In this document: positions 8,781 through 17,877 of the stretch, piece by piece
Position numbering within the stretch: the stretch's first letter is position 1
Layout: every line of letters begins with the position of its first letter
DNA from: a bacterium
GTDB taxonomy: Bacteria > Hydrothermota > Tepidihabitantia > Tepidihabitantales > Tepidihabitantaceae
Length of the DNA: 28,071 bases
Direction: 5' to 3'
Assembly: GCA_046485285.1 (NCBI GenBank)
Contig: JAWOHE010000044.1
Coordinates: 1 to 28,071, forward strand
Translations under genes and position numbers: made by a program
The notes under the pieces: generated by a model
Databases searched by the model: none
Told to the model about the DNA's origin: nothing
What the model saw: the letters and a program-made list of their open reading frames with translations, nothing else

Positions 8781-9197
8781 ATGGCTGACCTCTTTCACGT
8801 ATCGGAAGCCGCCGCCCTCGGCCTGCACGCCGCGCTGCTGTTGGCCCGGGAGCCGACGGACGTCGTCCCGGTCCGTGCGTTGGCCGGCCGGCTCGCCGTC
8901 TCCCGCGCCCACCTCGCCAAGGTCCTCCAGTCCCTCGAACGCGCCGGCATCGTCGCCGGCGTGCGCGGCCCGACCGGCGGCTACCGGCTCGCCCGGCCGC
9001 CGCGCCGGGTAACCCTGCGCCAGGTCTACGAGGCGGTCGAAGGCCCGCATGAGACCGGGCGCTGCATGTTCGCCGTCCCGGCCTGCGGCGGCAACGGCTG
9101 CCCGCTCGGCGGATTCACCCGCTCGCTCGCCGACAAGGTGGTTGCCAGGCTTGACCGCACGCGGCTGTCCGACGTCATGATCCGGCTGGGAGACTGA
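8781..9197 (+). CDS. Rrf2-family transcriptional regulator (three Cys, probable Fe-S)
   Basis: HLAKVLQSL..AGIVAGVRGPTGGYRLARPP..VTL.QVYEAVEG; CMFAVPACGGNGC. Confidence 0.93.
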   Translation: MADLFHVSEAAALGLHAALLLAREPTDVVPVRALAGRLAVSRAHLAKVLQSLERAGIVAGVRGPTGGYRLARPPRRVTLRQVYEAVEGPHETGRCMFAVPACGGNGCPLGGFTRSLADKVVARLDRTRLSDVMIRLGD

Positions 9198-9198
9198 T

Positions 9199-10038
9199 AT
9201 GGCAAGACGCAAAGTCATCCGCATCGACGAAAGGTGCACCGGTTGCGGCGAGTGCATCCCCGGCTGCCCGGAGGGCGCCCTGCAGGTGATCGACGGCAAG
9301 GCCCGGCTGGTGTCGGACCTGTTCTGCGACGGGCTCGGTGCCTGCGTCGGCCACTGCCCGACCGGCGCGATGTCGGTCGAGGAGCGCGAGGCCGAGCCCT
9401 ACGACGAGGCCCGGGTGATGGCGAACATCGTCAAGGCCGGGCCAAACACCATCGCCGCCCACCTCGCGCACCTGAAGAACCACGGTGCGACCGCGTACCA
9501 CGAGGACGCAGTCGCGTATCTCGAGAAGCACGGCATCCCGGTGCCCCGGGAGCCGGTGACCGATCGCCTGGCATGCGGTTGCCCGGGTGCCGCGGTCCGC
9601 GAACTGCCCGCTCAACCGGCAGACGACAACCGCCCGTCGAGGCCTGAAGCGCGTCCCTCCCGGCTCCGCAACTGGCCGGTCCAGTTGATGCTCGTCCCGG
9701 TCACCGCGCCCTGGCTCAGGGGCGCCGAACTGCTGATTGCCGCCGACTGTGTCGCCGCGGCCGCGCCCGGCTTCCACGACGACTGGGTCCGCGACCGGGC
9801 GCTCATCATCGCCTGCCCGAAGCTTGACGATGCGGAGCATTACCTCGAGAAGCTGACCGCGCTGTTCCGGCTTGATGACATCCGCTCGGTGACCGTCCTG
9901 CACATGACCGTGCCCTGCTGCTTCGGGCTGGTTCAACTGGTCCGGCAGGCAATCGCCGCCTCCGGCCGGACCGTTCCCTTCGCTGAAGAAACCATCGGGC
10001 TCGACGGCCTGCCCGTCGCCCGGGGAAACAAGGAGTAA
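9199..10038 (+). CDS. 2x[4Fe-4S] ferredoxin-domain protein of the type commonly linked to hcp
   Basis: CTGCGECIPGCP and CDGLGACVGHCP; CGCPG; LRNWPVQL, AADC, CPKLD and VPCC. Confidence 0.88.
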   Translation: MARRKVIRIDERCTGCGECIPGCPEGALQVIDGKARLVSDLFCDGLGACVGHCPTGAMSVEEREAEPYDEARVMANIVKAGPNTIAAHLAHLKNHGATAYHEDAVAYLEKHGIPVPREPVTDRLACGCPGAAVRELPAQPADDNRPSRPEARPSRLRNWPVQLMLVPVTAPWLRGAELLIAADCVAAAAPGFHDDWVRDRALIIACPKLDDAEHYLEKLTALFRLDDIRSVTVLHMTVPCCFGLVQLVRQAIAASGRTVPFAEETIGLDGLPVARGNKE

Positions 10039-10041
10039 CCG

Positions 10042-11724
10042 ATGAGCATGTTCTGCTACCAGTGCGAGCAGACCGCCCGGGGCACCGGCTGTACGGTCCA
10101 GGGCGTCTGCGGCAAGGACGAACGGACCGCGATCCTCCAGGACCTCCTGATCCACGCGACCAAGGGCATCGCGGGGTACGCCCATCGCGCCCGCGCGCTC
10201 GGCGCGACCGACCCGGAGGTCAACGCCTTCACCTGCGAGGCGCTCTTCACAACCATCACCAACGTCGACTTCGACCCGGAGCGGCTCAAAGCTCTGCTCG
10301 ACCGGGCCGCCGAACTGCGCGACCGGGCGAAGCGGCTGTACGAGGACGCCGCCCGCAAAGCCGGGAAGCCGGTCGAGACGCTGGCCGGGCCGGCCGCCTG
10401 GCAGCCCGCCGCGGACATCGCCGGGCTGGTCGAACAGGGCCGTGACAAGGGCATCCTGAAGCGCCACGAGCTCTGGGGCGACGACGTCGCCGACCTCCAC
10501 GACCTCATCCTCTTCGGGCTCAAGGGCGCGGCCGCCTACACCGACCACGCCCACGTGCTCGGCCATGACGACGACGCCATCTACGCGGAGTTCCACCGCC
10601 TGCTCGACCTGCTGGGACAGGACCGGCAGGATGCCGGGACGCTGCTTGGCGAGGCGCTCAACACCGGCAAGCTCAACCTCAAGGCCACCGAACTGCTCGA
10701 CAAGGCCAACACCACCAGTTACGGCCACCCGGTGCCGACCAGGGTCCGCGTCACCCCGATCAAGGGCAAGGCCATCCTCGTCTCCGGCCACGACCTCCGC
10801 GACCTCGAACTCATCCTCAAGCAGACCGAGGGCAGGGGCATCAACGTCTACACCCACGGCGAGATGCTCCCCTGCCACGGCTACCCGAAGCTCAAGGCGT
10901 ACAAGCACCTTGCCGGGCACTACGGCACCGCCTGGCAGAACCAGCAGAAGGAGTTCCCCGCCTTCCCGGGCGCGATCCTGATGACCACCAACTGCATCCA
11001 ACGCCCGCAGAAGACCTACGCCGGCCGCATCTTCACGACCGGGCTGGTGGCCTGGCCCGGGGTCACGCACATCGGGCCGGACAAGGATTTCTCGCCGGTC
11101 ATCGAGTCCGCACTGGCCCAGCCCGGCTTCACCGAGGACGGCCCGGAGCAGTACATCACCGTCGGCTTCGGCCACGAGGCGGTGCTTGGTGTCGCCCCCA
11201 GGGTCATCGAGCTCGTCAAGGCCGGGAAAATCAAGCACTTCTTCCTCATCGGCGGGTGCGACGGCGTGAAGGCGGAGCGCAACTACTACACCGAGTTCGC
11301 CCGGAAGGTACCCAAGGACTGCGTCATCCTCACCCTCGCCTGCGGCAAGTTCAAGTTGGCCTCGGCGGCCCCTGTCGGGCAGTACAACCGGCTCGAGTTC
11401 GGCGACATCGAGGGCATCCCGCGCCTGCTCGACATCGGCCAGTGCAACGACTCCTACTCGGCCGTCCGGATTGCCTCAGCGCTGGCCGAAGCGTTCGGCA
11501 CGGACGTCAACGGCCTGCCGCTCTCGCTCATCCTCTCGTGGTACGAGCAGAAGGCGGTCGCGGTGCTGCTGACCCTGCTCTCGCTCGGCATTCGCGACAT
11601 CCGGCTCGGGCCGTCGCTCCCCGCTTTCCTCACTCCCAACCTCGTCAAGATACTCGTCGACAAGTTCAATATCATGCCGATAACCACCCCGGACGCCGAC
11701 CTCAAGGCGATCCTCGGCTCCTGA
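10042..11724 (+). CDS. hcp: Hybrid cluster protein (hydroxylamine/NO reductase)
   Basis: MFCYQCEQT..C..GVCGK, plus ligand motifs SGHD, THGE, TTNC, GGCD, LACG, GQCND and WYEQK. AAGGAG RBS. Confidence 0.97.
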   Translation: MSMFCYQCEQTARGTGCTVQGVCGKDERTAILQDLLIHATKGIAGYAHRARALGATDPEVNAFTCEALFTTITNVDFDPERLKALLDRAAELRDRAKRLYEDAARKAGKPVETLAGPAAWQPAADIAGLVEQGRDKGILKRHELWGDDVADLHDLILFGLKGAAAYTDHAHVLGHDDDAIYAEFHRLLDLLGQDRQDAGTLLGEALNTGKLNLKATELLDKANTTSYGHPVPTRVRVTPIKGKAILVSGHDLRDLELILKQTEGRGINVYTHGEMLPCHGYPKLKAYKHLAGHYGTAWQNQQKEFPAFPGAILMTTNCIQRPQKTYAGRIFTTGLVAWPGVTHIGPDKDFSPVIESALAQPGFTEDGPEQYITVGFGHEAVLGVAPRVIELVKAGKIKHFFLIGGCDGVKAERNYYTEFARKVPKDCVILTLACGKFKLASAAPVGQYNRLEFGDIEGIPRLLDIGQCNDSYSAVRIASALAEAFGTDVNGLPLSLILSWYEQKAVAVLLTLLSLGIRDIRLGPSLPAFLTPNLVKILVDKFNIMPITTPDADLKAILGS

Positions 11725-11740
11725 TCCTGCCTGCCTCCTT

Positions 11741-11769
11741 GCTGCGCCGCCCGCCCCGGGCGGCGCAGC
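11741..11769. terminator. GC-rich hairpin after hcp (terminator-like, no U tract)
   Basis: GCTGCGCCGCCCG-CCC-CGGGCGGCGCAGC, a perfect 13-bp stem. Confidence 0.55.
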
Positions 11770-11858
11770 GCTGTCACCCGGGTCAGCCGCCTTGCCAGCG
11801 GCGCCCGGGTAAGGGATAATGTACTGATGCTTGCTAACCGGCCCGCAGAGGTGATTCG

Positions 11859-13706
11859 ATGAAGAAGATGCTGCGCGCAGTCCGGCACTTCCTGCACGGC
11901 AGTTTCGCCTGGCTCGGCATCGGCTCGGTCCTCTGGCTCATCCTGCGCTCGGGGACGAAGCCCGACCGCCTGCGATACCCCTGCCAGCAGGCCGCGGCCT
12001 CGACCGGCGCGTTCTGGCTGTCGGCCTTCGCCCTGCCCGGCATCCTGCGCGGGCTCCGCGCCTGCGGAGTGAGACTGCCCGAGGCGAAGCTCGGCCGGCC
12101 GATCAGGTTGATACTCGTCGCCGGAACGGCTGCGCTCGTTGCGGTCCTAGTGGGCGAGCGCCTGTTCACGCCGCACTTCGGCCCGCCGCCGTCCCCGACC
12201 GGCGCCCATCTGCCGGTGTGGGTGTCCGACCGACCCCTGCCATCGCGTGTCTTCGTCGTCGACAGCATCCCGGTCCCGGACTCGAACTCGATCTACCACG
12301 AGGGCATCGACTCGCTGTTCGCCCTGCTCGCCGCCAACGGCACCTGCCTCTACCGCTCGCCCCGGCAACTGCCCTGGTGCGACACCGCCGGTCTCATCGG
12401 CCGCGACGACGTCGTCCTGATCAAGGTCAACGCCGAGTGGCCGGAACGGGGAATGACCTCGACCGACGTCATCAAGGGGCTGATTTCCCGCATCGTCGAG
12501 CATCCCGACACCTTCACCGGCGAGGTCCAGCTCGTCGAGAACGGCCAGTGGCGCCACTCCTGGGCCTACCCGCTCAACAACGCCGAGCGCAGGTCCCAGA
12601 CGATGCAGTCGGTCGTCGACACCTTCGCCGCCCGCGGCTTCCGGGTCGGCGCGTACAACTGGACCGCCATCGGCTACGGCAGCAACAACCGCTGGGTCGG
12701 CGAGTTCGGCTCCGGCGACACCCTCTCGGGCTACGTCCGCGAGGACTCAACCGGGATGACCTACGCCAAGTTCACGACCGGCTACGGCACCCGCGTCTCG
12801 ACCCGGCTCGGCGTCTGGAACGGCGCGGCCTACGAGCCGGACCGGCTCAAGTTCATCAACCTGCCGGTCCTCAAGTCGCACTCGCTGATGGGGGTCACCG
12901 GCGCGGTCAAGCACTACATCGGCTTCCTCTCCTACGCCGCCATCGGCTCGGGCACGATGCACAGCCGCGCGATGGCGCAGGGCCTGCTCGGCGTCAACTT
13001 CGGCAAGGCCCGGTTCCCGGACCTGAACATCATCGACGCGACCTGGGTCAGCGCCGAGATCACCACCGGCCCGAACGCGCCCTATGACCGCTGCACCCGG
13101 CTCAACACGCTGGTCGCCTCGCGCGACCCGGTCGCGGCCGACTGGTACGCCGGCAAGCACGTACTCCGGCCCGCGAGCTGGTGGAACGGCCATCCCTGGC
13201 TCCGCGACTACGGCCGGATGGACCCGGACAACCTCAACAACGAGAACCCGGGCAGTGGCCGCAGCTACTCCGACTCGACGCCCTGCAGCGGCTTCCCCTA
13301 CAACGCCTTCCACCAGATGCTCGCTTCCTCGCGCGACGAGATGCTCCGCTACGGCCGGCAGGTGACGATGGACTCCGCCGAGATGACGATTCATCGCTTC
13401 CGCTTCTCCCCGGTCGCGATCCGCGGGCGCTCGGGCACGCCGCCGCCCGCCCCGGCGCTGGCAATCACGCCCAGCCTGGCCGGCGGCCGCGTCACGGTCC
13501 GCTTCCGGCTCGCCGCGGCCGGGCCGGTCCGGCTGGTCGTGTCGTCCATTGACGGCCGGCGCGTTGCCGAGACGCGCCGGGAGACGCTTGTGGCCGGCGA
13601 GCAGGCCCTCGTGCTCGACCGCCCCGCGGTCGCGGGCGAGTACCTGCTGACGGTCGAGACCGCGGCCGGCCCGCTGAGTGGCAGGTTCATCGTCCCATCC
13701 CGCTAG
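11859..13706 (+). CDS. DUF362-domain protein with N-terminal membrane segments and C-terminal sorting domain
   Basis: RSGTKPDRLRYPCQQAA, DVVLIKVN, INLPVLKSH..GVTGAVKHYIG, LNIIDA and ASRDPVAAD. C-terminal SIDGRRV..GEYLL. GAGGTG RBS. Confidence 0.8.
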   Translation: MKKMLRAVRHFLHGSFAWLGIGSVLWLILRSGTKPDRLRYPCQQAAASTGAFWLSAFALPGILRGLRACGVRLPEAKLGRPIRLILVAGTAALVAVLVGERLFTPHFGPPPSPTGAHLPVWVSDRPLPSRVFVVDSIPVPDSNSIYHEGIDSLFALLAANGTCLYRSPRQLPWCDTAGLIGRDDVVLIKVNAEWPERGMTSTDVIKGLISRIVEHPDTFTGEVQLVENGQWRHSWAYPLNNAERRSQTMQSVVDTFAARGFRVGAYNWTAIGYGSNNRWVGEFGSGDTLSGYVREDSTGMTYAKFTTGYGTRVSTRLGVWNGAAYEPDRLKFINLPVLKSHSLMGVTGAVKHYIGFLSYAAIGSGTMHSRAMAQGLLGVNFGKARFPDLNIIDATWVSAEITTGPNAPYDRCTRLNTLVASRDPVAADWYAGKHVLRPASWWNGHPWLRDYGRMDPDNLNNENPGSGRSYSDSTPCSGFPYNAFHQMLASSRDEMLRYGRQVTMDSAEMTIHRFRFSPVAIRGRSGTPPPAPALAITPSLAGGRVTVRFRLAAAGPVRLVVSSIDGRRVAETRRETLVAGEQALVLDRPAVAGEYLLTVETAAGPLSGRFIVPSR

Positions 13707-13722
13707 CGGCGATACCGGGCGG

Positions 13723-13750
13723 TTGCGTCGGGAACGGCGGCTGCTATCCT
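13723..13750 (+). promoter_or_regulatory. Putative promoter for a leaderless GTG start at 13758
   Basis: TTGCGT-N16-TATCCT, 7 nt before GTG. Confidence 0.5.
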
Positions 13751-13757
13751 CTGCCTC

Positions 13758-14099
13758 GTGGAGACGCCCTGCTGGCAGGCCGCACCGGTCGACACCGCCC
13801 GCCTGCACTTCGGTGTCGTCCACTCGCTGTTCAAACAGACCGTCGCCCGGGTCGGCCTCGCGCGGGACGGCGGAGTCGTCGCGCTTGACTTCCTGCTCGG
13901 CGATGACCCCCAGGCCGCGGCGGTCCGCGCGGAGGTCGGCCGCGACCTCGCGGCCAAGCTCGGACGCCTGGCACCGGCCGCCGCTTCACTCGACGACCTC
14001 TTTCGCCTGCTCGTCGAGTCCTGCTGTCACCCGTCGAACCTCTACACCGAGGTCCACTGGCTGCCGGTGATTCCCGGCGCGCCCGAGCCCGGCTCCTGA
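13758..14099 (+). CDS. Hypothetical protein, 113 aa
   Basis: Host-like codon usage, fills the intergenic gap, and has a TGATG overlap with the dipeptidase. Confidence 0.7.
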   Translation: METPCWQAAPVDTARLHFGVVHSLFKQTVARVGLARDGGVVALDFLLGDDPQAAAVRAEVGRDLAAKLGRLAPAAASLDDLFRLLVESCCHPSNLYTEVHWLPVIPGAPEPGS

Positions 14100-15052
14100 T
14101 GACCGTCGTCATCGACCTCCACTGCGATTCGCTCGAAGCCCACGTCGAGGGCCGGCGCGACATCGCCCGGCGCTCGAACGCCGGCCACCTCGACCTGCCC
14201 CGCCTGGTCGAGGCCGGTGTCACCGCCCAGGTCTTCGCGATCTGGACCGACCCCCGCCGCTACCGCCCCGGCGCGCGCGCCCCGTTCGTATCGAGGACCA
14301 TCGCCGCATTCGACCGGCTCTGTGCCGGACCGGGCCCGCTCGTGCCCGCGCGCCGCCCTGCCGACGTCCGCCCGCGCCCGGGGCGGGTCGCCGGCATCCT
14401 CGCGGTCGAGGGCGGCCACGCGCTCGACGGCTCACTCGCCAGCCTCGCGCGCTTCCATCGCCGCGGGGTCCGGATCCTGACCCTCACCTGGAACAACTCG
14501 AATGAACTCGCCCGGTCCTGCCTCGCCATCGACGGTAACCGTCGCGGCCTCACCCGCCTCGGGCGGTTGGCAGTCGCCCGGATGAACCACCTCGGGATGG
14601 TCGTCGACCTGTCGCACGCCGGCGACCGGACCTTCGCCGACGCGCTCGACGCCAGCACCGCCCCGGTCATCTGCTCCCACTCCGGCTGCCGCGCCCGACA
14701 CGACTTCCCGCGCAACCTCTCCGACGACCAGTTGCGCGCCCTCGGCCGGCAGGGCGGCGTCGTCGGCATCGTCTTCCTGCCCTATTTCCTCACCCGCGCC
14801 CGGCGCCGGGCGACGATCGACGACGTCATCGACCACGTCTGTCACGCCGCCGCGGTCGCCGGATCGGCCGCGGTCGGGCTCGGCTCCGACTTCGACGGTT
14901 TCCGCGACCCGCCGCCGCGCGGCCTCGAGGACGTCACCTGCCTGCCGGCGCTCGCCGACGGCCTCCGCCGCCGCGGCTTCAGCGCAGGCGAAGTCGCAGG
15001 CATCCTCGGCGGCAACTTCCTCCGCGTCTGGCGTGCGGTCGCGGGCGCTTGA
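14099..15052 (+). CDS. Membrane dipeptidase (peptidase M19)
   Basis: DLHCD, GHLDLPRL, AVEGG, LTLTWN, DLSH, SHS, RNLSDDQ and GLGSDFDG. Confidence 0.93.
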   Translation: MTVVIDLHCDSLEAHVEGRRDIARRSNAGHLDLPRLVEAGVTAQVFAIWTDPRRYRPGARAPFVSRTIAAFDRLCAGPGPLVPARRPADVRPRPGRVAGILAVEGGHALDGSLASLARFHRRGVRILTLTWNNSNELARSCLAIDGNRRGLTRLGRLAVARMNHLGMVVDLSHAGDRTFADALDASTAPVICSHSGCRARHDFPRNLSDDQLRALGRQGGVVGIVFLPYFLTRARRRATIDDVIDHVCHAAAVAGSAAVGLGSDFDGFRDPPPRGLEDVTCLPALADGLRRRGFSAGEVAGILGGNFLRVWRAVAGA

Positions 15053-15076
15053 CACCGCTGGCACCGGGACTATTCT
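15049..15076 (+). promoter_or_regulatory. Sigma70 promoter for the CARDB-Kelch gene
   Basis: TTGACA-N16-TATTCT; the -35 overlaps the dipeptidase stop. Confidence 0.65.
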
Positions 15077-15161
15077 GTCTCTGCCCGGTCCCGGGCCGGC
15101 GAGAGCATCGTTCCTCGGAGAGCCAAGCCGGCGCGACGCATCCGGACGAGAGGAGACTGCA

Positions 15162-17813
15162 ATGAGACAGCGTGTCCTGCTTACGTCGGCCGGTTTCCTG
15201 CTGGCCGGTCTGCTATCGGCGCCGGCTGCGGCGCTGGAACCACAGCCCGCCGGGATCGTCGGCACGGCCGAACTTGCACTTGACGTCGGTGTAGAGCATA
15301 TCCTCCAACCGACCGGCGAAGTCCAGGGCGGCCAGCCAGTTATCCCAAGATCCGTTATCCGCAACTTCGGTTCAGAGCAGGCGTCGTTCTGGGCCTTCTT
15401 CGGTGTTGCCGGTGAGTTCATGGATTCCTCCTTTGTTACCGACCTTATGCCTGCGGCTGTTGAGACGTTGGCCTTTCGTTCATGGACGCCTGGGTTCCCG
15501 GGCGTTTTCATCGCATCAAGTTACACGCAGTTGCCAGGCGACGTGAACCCCAACAATGACCGGATTGACTCGATCTTCACTGTCGTCGTGCGCGACCTCG
15601 GCATCACCGCCATCATCTCACCTCCCGACACGCTTGATGTTGGCGAGCAGTTCCTGCCTTCGGTCCGCGTCCTGAACCTGAGCGACGAAACGCACCCGGG
15701 CGTTTGGTGTATTTTCACCATCGACGGCGAGCCGGCTGAAAGCACCGAGACGGGATCGCTCGAGGCGGGTCAGTTAACCGAGGTCGAGTTCGCGATCCGG
15801 TCTTACCCGACGCCCGGCGCCCGACGTGCCCTGTGGCGGCTCCGCATCGCCGATGCCAACCCTGCCAACGACACCGCCAGCCGGGTGTTCTTCGTCCGCG
15901 GCGGCGAGATCGTTGACGCCGCCGCCGTGGCGATACTCTCCCCGGTCGGCTCCGTGGCCGAGTCTGCCTTCGTCGCGACTCGCGCCGTGCTTGCCAACCT
16001 CGGTGGCGCTCAGGCAGACATCCAGGCCTCCTTCGCGATCCTCGATAGCACGGGCAGCGAGGTTTTCGTCGGCGAGTCGTTCGAGTCCTATCCCGCCCAT
16101 TCCGTGGACACGGTCGAGTTCGGCAACTGGGAGGCGCTGCCGAAGGGCCGGTATGCGGTCAGATTCACAGTTGCATCAATCGGGGACATGAACCGGTACA
16201 ACGACACGGTTCTCGTGTCGCTGCGCGTTACCGGTCGCATGCCCGATGTCGGCGTCGCCGATATCGTGGCGCCGGTGGGGACCATCCAGGAAGGGTCAAT
16301 CACGCCACGCGCCCGCATCGCGAACTATGGGGTAACGGTTGAGACATTCCGGACCGTCTTCCGCATCAGCCGTGACGCGAATTTGGTTTATGCCGACACG
16401 ATCACAGTCAGCAACCTCGCGCCCGGGGCGGCCATGACGACGAGTTTCGCCCGCTGGACCGCCGAGATAGGCAGTTATACATCACGCTGCTCGACGATGC
16501 TCGCCACCGACGGCGACCAGTCCAATGATGCCCGCTCCGGCGCTTTCGGCGTGGTCGCCCACATCCCGGACCCGGGCTGGGACGAACGCAAGCCACTTCC
16601 CACCGGTTCGGGCAGCAAGGGTGTCAAGTACGGCGGCGCCCTCGCCTTCACCGAGGGGCTGGACGGCATCGAAGTCTTCGCGCTCAGGGGCAACAAGACC
16701 AGCGACTTCTACCGCTATGACCCGGTCGGCAACGACTGGCACCAACTCGCGCCCGTGCCGGGCGGCTCGACCGGCAAGCCCGTCGCCCGGAGCGGCCAAC
16801 TCTGCTCCGACGGCCTGCGCTCGGTCTACATGACCAAGGGCAACAACACCTCCGAGTTCTGGCGCTACGACCTCGGTGACACGAGCTGGCACCCGCTGGC
16901 TGACGTCCCGCTCGGCCCCAGCGGCAAGAAGCTCAAGGGCGGCACCGACATGGTCTACGTCGAGGAAGGCGCGGTAGCCTGGATATACCTGCTCAAGGGT
17001 GGCAAGACCGACTTTCTCCGGTACAACGTCACCCTCGGGACCTGGGACGACCCGCTCCCGGCCGCGCCGACCGGGATCAAGGCGAAGTGGGACAAGGGCT
17101 CGTTCCTCGTCTACGACGGCGTCGGCACCATCTATGCCCACAAGGCATCGGCCTACGATAAGGGCATCAACCCGCCCCACCACGAGATGTGGGCCTACGA
17201 CCTCGCCGCCGGAACCTGGGGCACGGCGAGCCTCAAGGGCATGCCACTCCATGGCCTGCACGGCGGCTCGGTCAAGAAGAAGAAGTCCAAGGATGGCGGG
17301 TCCGGCATCTGGTACAACGACTTCATCGCCGCGCTCAAGGGCGGCAACACCCAGCAGTTCTTCAAGTACTTCCCGGCCGAGGACTCCTGGGTCGAGCTCG
17401 ACACGATGCCCACCAACGGCTCGACCAACAAGCGGAAGCGCGCCAGCTCCGGCGCCGACCTCGTCACGCTCGGCACCGGCACCGTCTACGCGCTAAAGGG
17501 CAACTCGACCTCCGAGTTCTGGCGCTTCCGGTTCGGCGGCGGCATCGGCGTCGCCGAGCCGCCCGGCCCGCGGCCGGTCGTCGCCGCCCTGACCCTGCGT
17601 CCGAACCCGGCCCGCCGGATCGCGACGCTGGCGTTCCCGGGCTCCGGCCCGGCCGAGGTCTCGCTCTACGATGCCGCCGGCCGCAGCCTCCGGGCCTGGC
17701 GGGTCGAAGGCACCGTCGCCCGGCTCGACCTCGAGGGCATCCCTGCCGGCGTCTACCTTGTCCGCGCCTCGCACGCCGGCCGCGAGCAGACCGTCAAGCT
17801 CGTCGTCCAGTAG
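15162..17813 (+). CDS. Secreted protein with four CARDB/Ig-like repeats, a Kelch-like propeller and a C-terminal sorting domain (883 aa)
   Basis: AGGAG RBS and ATG 15162 followed by a signal peptide. Repeats DVGV..I..P.G....D.NP.ND, Kelch-like LKGNxTxEFWRY repeats, and C-terminal PNP..LYDAAGR..GVYLVR..KLVVQ. Confidence 0.88.
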   Translation: MRQRVLLTSAGFLLAGLLSAPAAALEPQPAGIVGTAELALDVGVEHILQPTGEVQGGQPVIPRSVIRNFGSEQASFWAFFGVAGEFMDSSFVTDLMPAAVETLAFRSWTPGFPGVFIASSYTQLPGDVNPNNDRIDSIFTVVVRDLGITAIISPPDTLDVGEQFLPSVRVLNLSDETHPGVWCIFTIDGEPAESTETGSLEAGQLTEVEFAIRSYPTPGARRALWRLRIADANPANDTASRVFFVRGGEIVDAAAVAILSPVGSVAESAFVATRAVLANLGGAQADIQASFAILDSTGSEVFVGESFESYPAHSVDTVEFGNWEALPKGRYAVRFTVASIGDMNRYNDTVLVSLRVTGRMPDVGVADIVAPVGTIQEGSITPRARIANYGVTVETFRTVFRISRDANLVYADTITVSNLAPGAAMTTSFARWTAEIGSYTSRCSTMLATDGDQSNDARSGAFGVVAHIPDPGWDERKPLPTGSGSKGVKYGGALAFTEGLDGIEVFALRGNKTSDFYRYDPVGNDWHQLAPVPGGSTGKPVARSGQLCSDGLRSVYMTKGNNTSEFWRYDLGDTSWHPLADVPLGPSGKKLKGGTDMVYVEEGAVAWIYLLKGGKTDFLRYNVTLGTWDDPLPAAPTGIKAKWDKGSFLVYDGVGTIYAHKASAYDKGINPPHHEMWAYDLAAGTWGTASLKGMPLHGLHGGSVKKKKSKDGGSGIWYNDFIAALKGGNTQQFFKYFPAEDSWVELDTMPTNGSTNKRKRASSGADLVTLGTGTVYALKGNSTSEFWRFRFGGGIGVAEPPGPRPVVAALTLRPNPARRIATLAFPGSGPAEVSLYDAAGRSLRAWRVEGTVARLDLEGIPAGVYLVRASHAGREQTVKLVVQ

Positions 17814-17827
17814 CCCGCCCGACAACT

Positions 17828-17859
17828 GCGAAGCCGGCGGCACCTGCCGCCGGCTTCGC
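17828..17859. terminator. Hairpin between convergent genes (probable bidirectional terminator)
   Basis: GCGAAGCCGGCGGCA-CC-TGCCGCCGGCTTCGC, a perfect inverted repeat with no U tract. Confidence 0.65.
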
Positions 17860-17877
17860 CTGTTGCGGGACCCGGGC

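Noticed and set aside
9175-11238. 687-aa minus-strand ORF
   Set aside because: Antisense to the Fe-S gene and hcp.
15077-15161. Possible riboswitch in the leader (GGAGAG motif)
   Set aside because: The rest of the glycine-aptamer consensus is absent.
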